Position numbers and translations under genes: made by a program
The notes under the pieces: generated by a model
The model's input: only the letters and a program-made list of their open reading frames with translations
The model's database searches: none
What the model was told of the DNA's origin: nothing
Assembly (NCBI GenBank): GCA_902570525.1
Contig: CACFYN010000004.1
Coordinates: 2,664 to 66,663, forward strand
Source: an uncultured Pelagibacteraceae bacterium
GTDB lineage: Bacteria > Pseudomonadota > Alphaproteobacteria > Pelagibacterales > Pelagibacteraceae
Length of the DNA stretch: 64,000 nucleotides
Direction: 5' to 3'
Part shown: piece by piece, positions 29,835-37,816 of the stretch
Layout of the letters: every line of letters starts with the position of its first letter
Numbering within the stretch: the stretch's first letter is position 1

Positions 29835-30002
29835 ATGAATACAGCATTAACTATTATTGGTCTTGCAATGTTTATTTTTATTGTTGTTTTTAGTTTAAAA
29901 CGTGCAAAAGAAAAAAAGAAAGCTCAACAAGAAGAGCACGAAAAAATCAAAGCTTATGGCGAAAGCATAAACGAAGAAACTAGAAATAAAAAATCATTGT
30001 GA
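29835..30002 (+). CDS. Small single-pass membrane protein, 55 aa (island cargo)
   Basis: Hand-translated: MNTALTIIGLAMFIFIVVFSLKRAKEKKKAQQEEHEKIKAYGESINEETRNKKSL; TM helix plus charged tail; not in the ORF track. Confidence 0.65.
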   Translation: MNTALTIIGLAMFIFIVVFSLKRAKEKKKAQQEEHEKIKAYGESINEETRNKKSL

Positions 30003-30019
30003 GTGCGGCACCAGTGCGG
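30002..30019 (+). promoter_or_regulatory. Tandem AGTGCGG boxes, putative integrase arm-type sites (right end)
   Basis: AGTGCGG at 30002-30008 and 30013-30019, 11-bp period, 58 bp from the core repeat at 30078. Confidence 0.6.
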
Positions 30020-30075
30020 TCAAAAATGGTTTTGATTAAAATTATTAAAAAAGAACCTACAAAATATTAAATTAG

Positions 30076-30337
30076 AGAGGGGCGTTCTGTTGCCAGGTGC
30101 CCCAAACCCCGTAACTTAATTAAAGAATTAATTAAGCTGCAAGTGCAAATTTATTATTTGCAATTATAAAATTGCCCGTCACGGTGGAACAATTCCGAAC
30201 GAAAGAATAGCTTTTAGACATCCGTCGATCCTAATTCACCCCCAATTTGTTAAATTTGGTGGAGGTGGTGGGTACTGCCCCCACGTCCGCAATGTTTATT
30301 ACGAAATTCGTTTATCGTCATAGTTGGAAACCCAACA
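30076..30337 (-). ncRNA. ssrA: Circularly permuted two-piece tmRNA (alphaproteobacterial type); tag ANNKFALAA
   Basis: Acceptor piece ends CACCTCC-ACCA at 30257; 13-nt intervening segment; coding piece starts GGGGGTG at 30243 (7-bp stem with G3:U70); tag frame 30161-30132 reads ANNKFALAA*; 3' hairpin GGGGCACCTGGCAACAGAACGCCCC. Ends are approximate. Confidence 0.95.
30078..30103 (-). repeat. Proximal att-like direct repeat, the terminal hairpin of the tmRNA coding piece
   Basis: Identical to 27192-27217. Confidence 0.92.
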
Positions 30338-30342
30338 TATTT

Positions 30343-30371
30343 AATATAGTAATTAATATTTTTAATAACAA
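30343..30371 (-). promoter_or_regulatory. Putative ssrA promoter
   Basis: Minus strand TTGTTA - 17 bp - TATATT, just upstream of the 5' hairpin GTTGGGTTTCCAAC. Confidence 0.55.
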
Positions 30372-30391
30372 GTAATTTATATTTTGAAATA

Positions 30392-31624
30392 ATGCTCTCA
30401 AATAAAGACAAAAAATTTTTAGAGAAAATTATAAATAAACTAAGCAAATCAGACAATTTCAATAAAATTACTAATTATCCTTTACTAGAGAAAGGCTTTA
30501 CCAATGAGGATATTTATTCTGGAGCAGAAGTTTTGTTGAGTAAGAAAATTACTATGTCTAGCATCACAAAAAAATTTGAAAAAGCATTTGCAAAGTATGT
30601 TGGATCTAAATATGCACTAATGGTTAACTCTGGCTCATCTGCAAATCTCTTGTCGTCTTTCGCTCTATTAAATCCAAAAAAGAAAAATAGATTAAAATCT
30701 GGTGACACTTTTGTTATACCAGCTTTATGTTGGTCTACATCTCTCTGGCCTTTCGTTCAAGCGGGTCTGAAACCTAAATTTTTGGATGTTGATATAAAAA
30801 CATTCTGTTTAGATGATAAACTAGTTAAAAAAGAGAAAAATATTAAGGCAATTGTTAACTTACATATTTTAGGTAATTGCTCCAATATTTTAGAAATTCA
30901 CAACTATGCAAAAAAAAATAGACTTTTTTTAATTGAAGATACATGCGAGGCGTTAGGTTCTAAATATAAATCAAAATTCCTTGGTACATTTGGAGATTTT
31001 GGAACTTATTCATTTTACTATTCACATCAAATTACTTCTGGAGAAGGAGGTATGGTTGTTTGTAAAAGCAAAGAGGATTATGAATTAATTCATAGTATGA
31101 GAGCACATGGTTGGGATCGAGGTTTAACAAAAAAATATAAAAATAATTTTAATTTTATAAATTCAGGTTTTAATTTAAGACCATTAGATTTAACAGCAGC
31201 TATAGGATTGAGCCAGCTCAAAAGATTAAATAAAATGATAAAGGTTAGAGCCAAAAATAGAAAACTTTTAATAAATGCCCTAAAAAATTCAAATCATTGG
31301 AAAAATCAATTTACTTTCTTTGAACCGAATAATAATTTAAATCCAAGTTGGTTTGGTTTTCCGATATTAATAAACAACAAATATCTAAAAAATAAGCAAA
31401 AATATTTAAATTATCTAAACTTTAGTGGAGTTGAAACTAGGCCGATTTTAAGTGGTAACTTTTTAAACCAGCCTTCAGCAAGGCTGTATGGGTTTAATAA
31501 AAAAAATGAAAAATTTAAAAATTCGCAAGATATTGAGGATAGAGGTTTTTTTATAGGTTTACCTACAAAAGAAATTTCAATTTATACTCTTAAATTTTTA
31601 ACTGATAAATTATTAAAAATTTAA
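30392..31624 (+). CDS. DegT-superfamily PLP/PMP enzyme, ColD/RfbH-like sugar 3-dehydratase
   Basis: 'MVNSGSSANL', 'EDTCEALG'; His in place of the catalytic Lys in 'SFYYSHQITSGEGG'; 'RAHGWDR'. Confidence 0.8.
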   Translation: MLSNKDKKFLEKIINKLSKSDNFNKITNYPLLEKGFTNEDIYSGAEVLLSKKITMSSITKKFEKAFAKYVGSKYALMVNSGSSANLLSSFALLNPKKKNRLKSGDTFVIPALCWSTSLWPFVQAGLKPKFLDVDIKTFCLDDKLVKKEKNIKAIVNLHILGNCSNILEIHNYAKKNRLFLIEDTCEALGSKYKSKFLGTFGDFGTYSFYYSHQITSGEGGMVVCKSKEDYELIHSMRAHGWDRGLTKKYKNNFNFINSGFNLRPLDLTAAIGLSQLKRLNKMIKVRAKNRKLLINALKNSNHWKNQFTFFEPNNNLNPSWFGFPILINNKYLKNKQKYLNYLNFSGVETRPILSGNFLNQPSARLYGFNKKNEKFKNSQDIEDRGFFIGLPTKEISIYTLKFLTDKLLKI

Positions 31625-31626
31625 AA

Positions 31627-32442
31627 ATGATTAGATGTGGAATTACAGGTTTTAATGGTAACTTAGGAAAAACTTTTTTAAAGATTAACAGTAATTTACG
31701 TTTTATAAAATTTAAAGGAGATATAAGAAAAAAAAGAGAAGTTGAAAAATGGATAAAAAATAATGAGTTCGATTTAGTAGTTCATTTCGCAGCTTTAGTC
31801 CCTGTTTCTGTAGTAAATAAAAAATATAAAGATGCCATTAATGTTAATTATTTTGGAACAAAATATTTAGTCGATTCAATAATAAAATATAACAAAAAAA
31901 TCTCCTGGTTCTTTTTTTCATCAACTTCACATGTGTATCCTCACAAGAATTTTAAAATCAAAGAAAAACTAAAAGTCCAACCTTCATCTAAATATGGCAA
32001 AACGAAATTATTAGCTGAAAATTACATAATAAGAAAGTTAAGTCGTACAAATATTAAGTTTTGTATTGGCAGAATATTCAGTATTTTAGATAATAAGAAT
32101 AAGGATTTTTTTTTAGCGAGTTTATTAAAAAAAATTAATAATAAAAAAAAATTAATTTATTTAACAAACTTCAACCACAGAAGAGATTTTTTGACAACGG
32201 ATCAAATATCAAGGATTATTAGTCATCTTTGGAAAAAAAAAATATTTGGAATTATAAATATTGGTAGTGGTATTAAAATTGATCTACGAGATCTTGCAAC
32301 TTTTTTTGCAAAAAAAAAGAATAAAAAAGTTTCTTTTAATTACAATAAACCAACTTGTTTAGTTGCAGATATTTCAAAATTAAAAAAAACAGGTTTTAAA
32401 GTAAGAAAATTAAACTTAAAAAGATTTTCTAATTATATATAA
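31627..32442 (+). CDS. NAD-dependent epimerase/reductase (SDR)
   Basis: 'GITGFNGNLG', 'FSSTSHVY', YxxxK (YGKTK). Confidence 0.8.
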   Translation: MIRCGITGFNGNLGKTFLKINSNLRFIKFKGDIRKKREVEKWIKNNEFDLVVHFAALVPVSVVNKKYKDAINVNYFGTKYLVDSIIKYNKKISWFFFSSTSHVYPHKNFKIKEKLKVQPSSKYGKTKLLAENYIIRKLSRTNIKFCIGRIFSILDNKNKDFFLASLLKKINNKKKLIYLTNFNHRRDFLTTDQISRIISHLWKKKIFGIINIGSGIKIDLRDLATFFAKKKNKKVSFNYNKPTCLVADISKLKKTGFKVRKLNLKRFSNYI

Positions 32443-33132
32443 TTTAATTAATCCTAGAAAAGACTCTATAATTAGCTTAAGATTTACTGAACTTTCACCT
32501 CTAATCCTATTTTTAAAGACAGATCTTATTTCTCCTATTTTAAAACCACTTTTCCATAATATTAAAATAATTTCTGATAAAATAATAAAACCTCCCCCAG
32601 TATTTTTGCATTTTTTTATTATAGTCATAGCTGCCTCTTTTGAATAAAACCTATAACCATTTGTATAATCATAAACTGGAGCCTCTAGTAAAAATTTTGC
32701 TAATCTGTTTGAAAGTTTTGAGAGTATTCTTCTAGAAATAGGCCAGTTTATGATTTTACTTTTTGGCAAATATCTACTTCCGATCAATAATCCGAAAGAA
32801 TTTTTGTAAAAATAGGCAATATTTCTTTTTAATTCCCCAGGACTATGAGACATATCTGCATCCATCTCGATTAAGCAATTAACATCTTTTTTAATTTTTA
32901 ATAATTTTCTAAATCCAAAAATTACAGCTGATCCTCTCCCTAGTTTTTTTCCTCTGTGATAATATTTAACATTCTTAAATTTATTTTTACTAAGTAATTT
33001 TTTAGTATTTTGGTTTGTTGAGTCATCTACTATTAAAATAGGACAATTTATTCTTTTCGTTATTTGTTTAATAAGATTAATTATATTTTTATCTTCATTA
33101 AATGCTGGGATCACTATTCCAATTTTTTTCAT
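32416..33132 (-). CDS. GT2 polyprenol monophosphosugar synthase (DPM1-like)
   Basis: 'VIPAFNE', 'EMDADMSHSP', 'IGSRY', 'DYTNGYR', 'RIRGESS'. Confidence 0.88.
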   Translation of the reverse strand: MKKIGIVIPAFNEDKNIINLIKQITKRINCPILIVDDSTNQNTKKLLSKNKFKNVKYYHRGKKLGRGSAVIFGFRKLLKIKKDVNCLIEMDADMSHSPGELKRNIAYFYKNSFGLLIGSRYLPKSKIINWPISRRILSKLSNRLAKFLLEAPVYDYTNGYRFYSKEAAMTIIKKCKNTGGGFIILSEIILILWKSGFKIGEIRSVFKNRIRGESSVNLKLIIESFLGLIKLYIIRKSF

Positions 33133-33178
33133 ACAGTATAAACTTTACAATTAAACTATTATCATTGTTAATTTATAA

Positions 33179-33583
33179 TATATAATTATTAGAGACGGTT
33201 TTGGGTATAATTTATATCTGTATCCTCCTATTTTGCTTCTTCTATTCTTAACCTTTAATAAATTAAATAATAGATTTGTTATTTACTCAGCTTTAACTAT
33301 ATTATTTACAATATCCTTCTTAGAATTTTATTCATTGAGAAATACTTATAAACTTCAATTTAACCGCGAAAATAGAATCTATGATATTTGTAAGATTGAA
33401 AAATGGAAAAATTCGGAAAATTACATTAAAAAATTTAACGAAAATTCTTTTATTCCATTAACCGAAGATCCAAGAACGGTAATTCTTGTGCTATACTCGA
33501 AAATAAATTTGATACAGTATTGTAAGCAATTAGAGAAAAAACTTAGTTGGAAAACTAACTTCTTTAATATAAAAATTGACTGA
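33179..33583 (+). pseudogene. Probable 3' remnant of a polytopic membrane protein
   Basis: Open frame without ATG from 33179 (YIIIRDGFGYNLYLYPPILLLL...), two TM helices and a soluble tail; begins 47 bp from the divergent GT2 start. Confidence 0.4.
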
Positions 33584-33601
33584 TATTCTAAATAAATATT
33601 C

Positions 33602-34552
33602 ATGAAATTAACAAAAGAACAACAGCAAGAAATTAAAGATCTTCAGTCGCAAGAAAATAAAACCAAGAGGGTTATTGCTCCCGAGCTTGAGAAAGTTTTA
33701 TTTGAGGCTATTCCAATTTTAGACCATGGTTTTGTTCGAGTAATTGATTATATGGGTGATGACACATCAATTGTACAAGCAGCTAGAGTTTCATATGGCA
33801 AAGGAACAAAAAAAGTATCAACAGATTCAGGGCTAATTAAATATTTAATGAGGCATTGGCATAGTACACCTTTTGAAATGTGTGAAATTAAATATCACAT
33901 TAAACTTCCAATTTTTATTGCAAGACAATGGATAAGACACAGGACTGCAAATGTAAATGAATATTCTGCAAGATATTCTATTCTTGATAAAGAATTTTAC
34001 TTACCTTCACAAGAAAACTTAGCAGCACAGTCAAAAAATAACAGACAAGGCAGAGGTGAAATAATTAGTGGAGAGCAAGCAAAAGAAATTTTAAACTTAT
34101 TAAAGACTGACGCTGAGAGAACATATGATAATTACGAGACAATGTTAAATGAAAAATATGATGGATCAGTAATTGATGAGAAAAAATCCGGTTTGGCAAG
34201 AGAACTTGCAAGAATGAACTTAACTTTAAACACATATACGCAATGGTATTGGAAAACAGACTTACTTAATTTAATGAACTTTTTAAGACTAAGAGCAGAT
34301 AGTCATGCACAATACGAAATAAGAGCTTACGCCGATGTTATGTTAGATACTCTTAAAAAATGGGTTCCTATAACTTATGATGCTTTTATGGATTATAGAG
34401 TTGGTGGAACAGAAGTGTCATCAAAAGGTAAATTTGTAATTAGACAATTACTTGAGGGAAAAGATCCAAAACTTGAGGAGTCAGGATTATCAAAAAGAGA
34501 ATGGAACGAGCTAATGAGTGCTTTTAATTTGAAGAAAAAAATATTAGAGTAA
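33602..34552 (+). CDS. thyX: FAD-dependent thymidylate synthase
   Basis: 'AARVSY', 'HSTPFE', '[18 protein letters not shown]'. Confidence 0.97.
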   Translation: MKLTKEQQQEIKDLQSQENKTKRVIAPELEKVLFEAIPILDHGFVRVIDYMGDDTSIVQAARVSYGKGTKKVSTDSGLIKYLMRHWHSTPFEMCEIKYHIKLPIFIARQWIRHRTANVNEYSARYSILDKEFYLPSQENLAAQSKNNRQGRGEIISGEQAKEILNLLKTDAERTYDNYETMLNEKYDGSVIDEKKSGLARELARMNLTLNTYTQWYWKTDLLNLMNFLRLRADSHAQYEIRAYADVMLDTLKKWVPITYDAFMDYRVGGTEVSSKGKFVIRQLLEGKDPKLEESGLSKREWNELMSAFNLKKKILE

Positions 34553-34555
34553 ATA

Positions 34556-34942
34556 ATGCAAGAGAAAATAAAACTTCCATCAAATAGAAATTTTGGAATT
34601 GTATTTTCAATCGTATTTTTGATTATTGCTATATGGCCAATATTAAATCAAAATGAGATTAGAATATGGTCTATAATAATTTCTTTTATATTTTTGATTT
34701 TGGGTTTAATAAACTCAAAATTCTTATCTCCTTTAAATAAGGCATGGTTTAAGTTTGGATTAATTTTGGGTAGTGTTATTGCGCCAATAGTTATGGGAAT
34801 TGTTTTTTTCCTTGTAGTAACTCCAACTGGATTAATCATGAAAGCTCTAGGTAAAGATATATTGGGATTAAAAAGAAATAAAAATAATACTTATTGGTTA
34901 GAAAAAGATAATTCAAATAATAATTTAAAAAATCAGTTCTAA
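34556..34942 (+). CDS. SxtJ-family membrane protein
   Basis: 'SNRNFG', 'PLNKAWFKFGLILG', 'FFLVVTP', 'TYW', ends '...NQF'. Confidence 0.85.
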   Translation: MQEKIKLPSNRNFGIVFSIVFLIIAIWPILNQNEIRIWSIIISFIFLILGLINSKFLSPLNKAWFKFGLILGSVIAPIVMGIVFFLVVTPTGLIMKALGKDILGLKRNKNNTYWLEKDNSNNNLKNQF

Positions 34943-34946
34943 ATTT

Positions 34947-35096
34947 ATGAGTTTTTTAATAGAATTTTGGAATTTCCTAAAAGTAAGAAAAAAGTTTTGG
35001 TTACTGCCAATAATTCTTGTTCTAGCGCTTTTTGGTGGACTAATTATTTTAAGCCAGGGCTCAGCTGTAGCACCTTTTATTTATACAATTTTTTAA
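34947..35096 (+). CDS. SxtK/DUF5989-family small membrane protein (49 aa)
   Basis: Hand-translated: MSFLIEFWNFLKVRKKFWLLPIILVLALFGGLIILSQGSAVAPFIYTIF; not in the ORF track. Confidence 0.9.
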   Translation: MSFLIEFWNFLKVRKKFWLLPIILVLALFGGLIILSQGSAVAPFIYTIF

Positions 35097-35099
35097 ACT

Positions 35100-36935
35100 G
35101 TGGTTTCTATACTTGGAATTTCTGCATTTTATCATGATAGTGCAGCAGCTATATTAGTAGATGGTAAAATTTTAGCAGCAGCCCAGGAGGAACGCTTCAC
35201 AAGAAAAAACCACGACTCTAGTTATCCCTTCAATGCAGTTGAATATGTACTTAAATTCTCGAAATTAAAATTGTCTGAAATTGATTATATAGTTTTTTAT
35301 GAAAAACCTTTTTTAAAATTTGAGAGACTTTTAGAAACTTATGTTGCATTCGCACCTCGTGGTTTTAAACAATTTACTAAGTCTATGCCTGCGTGGTTAA
35401 GAGAAAAATTATTTCAAAAAAATTTACTTCTTAAACTATTAAAAGAACATGATAAAAGTTTTAGTGACGAAAAAAAAATATACTTTTCTGAACATCATTT
35501 AAGTCATGCCGCTAGCGCCTTCTTTCCATCTCCATTTAAAGATGCAATAGTTTTAACTGCTGATGGGGTAGGAGAATGGGCAACTACAACAGTTGCTGTT
35601 GGAAATGAAAGTGATTTATCAATAAAAAAAGAAATTCACTTTCCTCATTCTTTAGGTCTTTTGTATTCAGCTTTTACTTTTTATTGTGGATTTAAAGTTA
35701 ATAGTGGTGAATACAAACTAATGGGTTTAGCACCTTATGGAGAACCTAAGTATGCTAATTTAATTAAAGATAAACTAATTCATATAAAAAGTGATGGATC
35801 ATTTAAGCTATCACAGGATTATTTTGATTATGCAACTGGTTTAAAAATGACAAATGAAAGATTTCATAAATTATTTGGTCAAAGCCCACGAGATAGTAAA
35901 AAAGAAAAATTAACTCAATTTCATATGGATATAGCTTCATCTATACAAAATGTAACTGAAGAAGTGATGGTTTCTATGGCCGTCTCTTTAAAGAAAGAAT
36001 TTAATATAAAAAATTTATGTTTAGCAGGTGGGGTTGCTTTAAATTGTGTTGCAAATGGAAAAATTTTGGAGAAAAAAATATTTGACAACATTTGGGTTCA
36101 ACCAGCAGCTGGAGATGCTGGAGGATCTTTAGGTGCTGCTTTAGCTTTATGGCATTTAGAGCTGAAAAAGAAAAGAGCCGAATATAAAGATGATATGCAA
36201 GGTTCTTATCTTGGTCCAAGCTATAGTGACGATGAAATTGAGCAGGAGTTAAATAATTTAAATGCTAAATTTCAAATCTTAAATGAAAACGAAATCATTG
36301 AAAAAACCTCCGAGTCACTAAAAAATGGTGATGCTATAGGTTGGTTCCAGGGAAGAATGGAGTTTGGCCCAAGAGCCTTAGGTGGAAGATCTATTTTAGG
36401 AGACCCTAGATCTCCAACAATGCAAAAAAATTTAAACTTAAAGGTGAAATATAGAGAAAGCTTTAGACCTTTTGCTCCATCTGTTCTTCGAGAGGACGTA
36501 GATAAATGGTTTAATATGAATGTGGATAGTCCGTATATGTTATTAGTAGCAGAAATTTTAGAAGATAAAAAAATTACTATGAGTGATGAGGAAAAAAAAT
36601 TATTTGGAATAGAAAAACTCAATATAAAAAGATCAGATATTCCTGCAGTTACCCATGTTGATTATTCTGCGAGAATACAGACTGTGCATAAAGATACTAA
36701 TCCCAAATATTATTCATTGATAAAAAAGTTTAAGGAAAAAACAAACTGTGCTGTACTAATAAACACTTCATTTAATGTAAGAGGCGAACCAATTGTAAAT
36801 ACACCAAAAGATGCATTTAATTGTTTTATGGGAACTGAGCTAGATAAGCTTGTAATTGGAAATTTTTTTTTAGATAAAAAAGATCAAGATTCAAATTTAA
36901 AAAAAGATTATAAAAATCAATTTGAGCTTGATTGA
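35100..36935 (+). CDS. CmcH/NodU-family O-carbamoyltransferase (SxtI-like subgroup)
   Basis: 'GISAFYHDSAA', 'EHHLSHAASAF', 'GEYKLMGLAPYG', 'AGGVALNC', 'EFGPRALG', 'NTSFNVRGEP'. Confidence 0.95.
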   Translation: MVSILGISAFYHDSAAAILVDGKILAAAQEERFTRKNHDSSYPFNAVEYVLKFSKLKLSEIDYIVFYEKPFLKFERLLETYVAFAPRGFKQFTKSMPAWLREKLFQKNLLLKLLKEHDKSFSDEKKIYFSEHHLSHAASAFFPSPFKDAIVLTADGVGEWATTTVAVGNESDLSIKKEIHFPHSLGLLYSAFTFYCGFKVNSGEYKLMGLAPYGEPKYANLIKDKLIHIKSDGSFKLSQDYFDYATGLKMTNERFHKLFGQSPRDSKKEKLTQFHMDIASSIQNVTEEVMVSMAVSLKKEFNIKNLCLAGGVALNCVANGKILEKKIFDNIWVQPAAGDAGGSLGAALALWHLELKKKRAEYKDDMQGSYLGPSYSDDEIEQELNNLNAKFQILNENEIIEKTSESLKNGDAIGWFQGRMEFGPRALGGRSILGDPRSPTMQKNLNLKVKYRESFRPFAPSVLREDVDKWFNMNVDSPYMLLVAEILEDKKITMSDEEKKLFGIEKLNIKRSDIPAVTHVDYSARIQTVHKDTNPKYYSLIKKFKEKTNCAVLINTSFNVRGEPIVNTPKDAFNCFMGTELDKLVIGNFFLDKKDQDSNLKKDYKNQFELD

Positions 36936-36947
36936 TGAAAAATGTTT

Positions 36948-37745
36948 TTAAGTTGATAAAAATTTACTTTTTATCTTTTTAGCTAACTCCAAATATAGTT
37001 TTGATGCTTCATGCTCAGGTTTAGCCTCAACAATTGGTTTTCCCTGATCACCAAATTCCCCAACCTCTGGAAATATGGGTATTTCTCCCAAAAACTGTTT
37101 ATTAAATTCTTCAGCCGTTTTTTTTACTCCTCCGCTGCCGAATAAATTATATTTTTTTCCATCATCACCTTTAAAAAAACTCATATTATCAATTAAACCA
37201 ATGATTTCTGTACCTAATTTATCAAACATTCTAATACCTCTTTTGACGTCTTGAAGTGCAATTTCTTGAGGTGTAGAAATAATAATTACTCCGTCCAATT
37301 TAATTTCTTGAGTAAATGTTAATTGAGTGTCTCCTGTTCCTGGTGGCATATCAACAATTATAAAGTCTAAATTTTTCCAGCTTACTTTTTGAGTGAAAGT
37401 CTTAATTGCACTCGTGACCATTGGTCCACGCCAAATCATTGGTGTTTGCTCCTCAGTAAGAAATCCAATAGACATACATTGAATATCGTATTTGTTAACT
37501 GGAATTAAATTTTTTCCATCAGTTTCAGGTTTCCCTGAAATTGAAAATAGTTTTGGAAGCGATGGCCCATAAATGTCAGCATCAAGCAAACCAACTTTAC
37601 AACCAGTTTTTTTAAGGGCTAATGCCAAATTTGTTGCAAATGTTGATTTTCCAACTCCGCCCTTAGCACTTGATATTGCTATAGTGAATTTAGTGCCTAG
37701 AATAGGGTTCTTAACAAACTTTTTCTTTGGTTTTATTTGCTCCAT
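36948..37745 (-). CDS. mrp: Mrp/NBP35 (ApbC) family P-loop ATPase
   Basis: 'AKGGVGKST', 'DADIYGPS', 'WRGPM', 'DMPPGTGD'. Confidence 0.92.
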   Translation of the reverse strand: MEQIKPKKKFVKNPILGTKFTIAISSAKGGVGKSTFATNLALALKKTGCKVGLLDADIYGPSLPKLFSISGKPETDGKNLIPVNKYDIQCMSIGFLTEEQTPMIWRGPMVTSAIKTFTQKVSWKNLDFIIVDMPPGTGDTQLTFTQEIKLDGVIIISTPQEIALQDVKRGIRMFDKLGTEIIGLIDNMSFFKGDDGKKYNLFGSGGVKKTAEEFNKQFLGEIPIFPEVGEFGDQGKPIVEAKPEHEASKLYLELAKKIKSKFLST

Positions 37746-37816
37746 TGCTTCAATTAGTACTATTTATCCACTTAACTTACCTTGTTTTTCATTTTAAAGA
37801 CACTATATAGAGTGTC

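Larger units (their letters stand above)
27192..30103. mobile_element. Integrase-less mini genomic island integrated at the 3' end of the tmRNA gene
   Basis: Exact 26-bp flanking direct repeats, one being the ssrA end; internal paired AGTGCG boxes at both ends; three cargo genes; no recombinase ORF. Confidence 0.8.

Noticed and set aside
27192-30103. CRISPR array or complete prophage interpretation of the repeats
   Set aside because: Only two full copies about 2.9 kb apart, no spacers or cas genes, and no phage structural or replication genes.
30250-30462. 70-aa minus-strand ORF
   Set aside because: Overlaps the tmRNA acceptor piece, its promoter and the ColD-like gene start.
34556-36935. 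Saxitoxin biosynthesis
   Set aside because: No sxtA, sxtG or other core toxin genes; SxtI/J/K-like genes are widespread without them.
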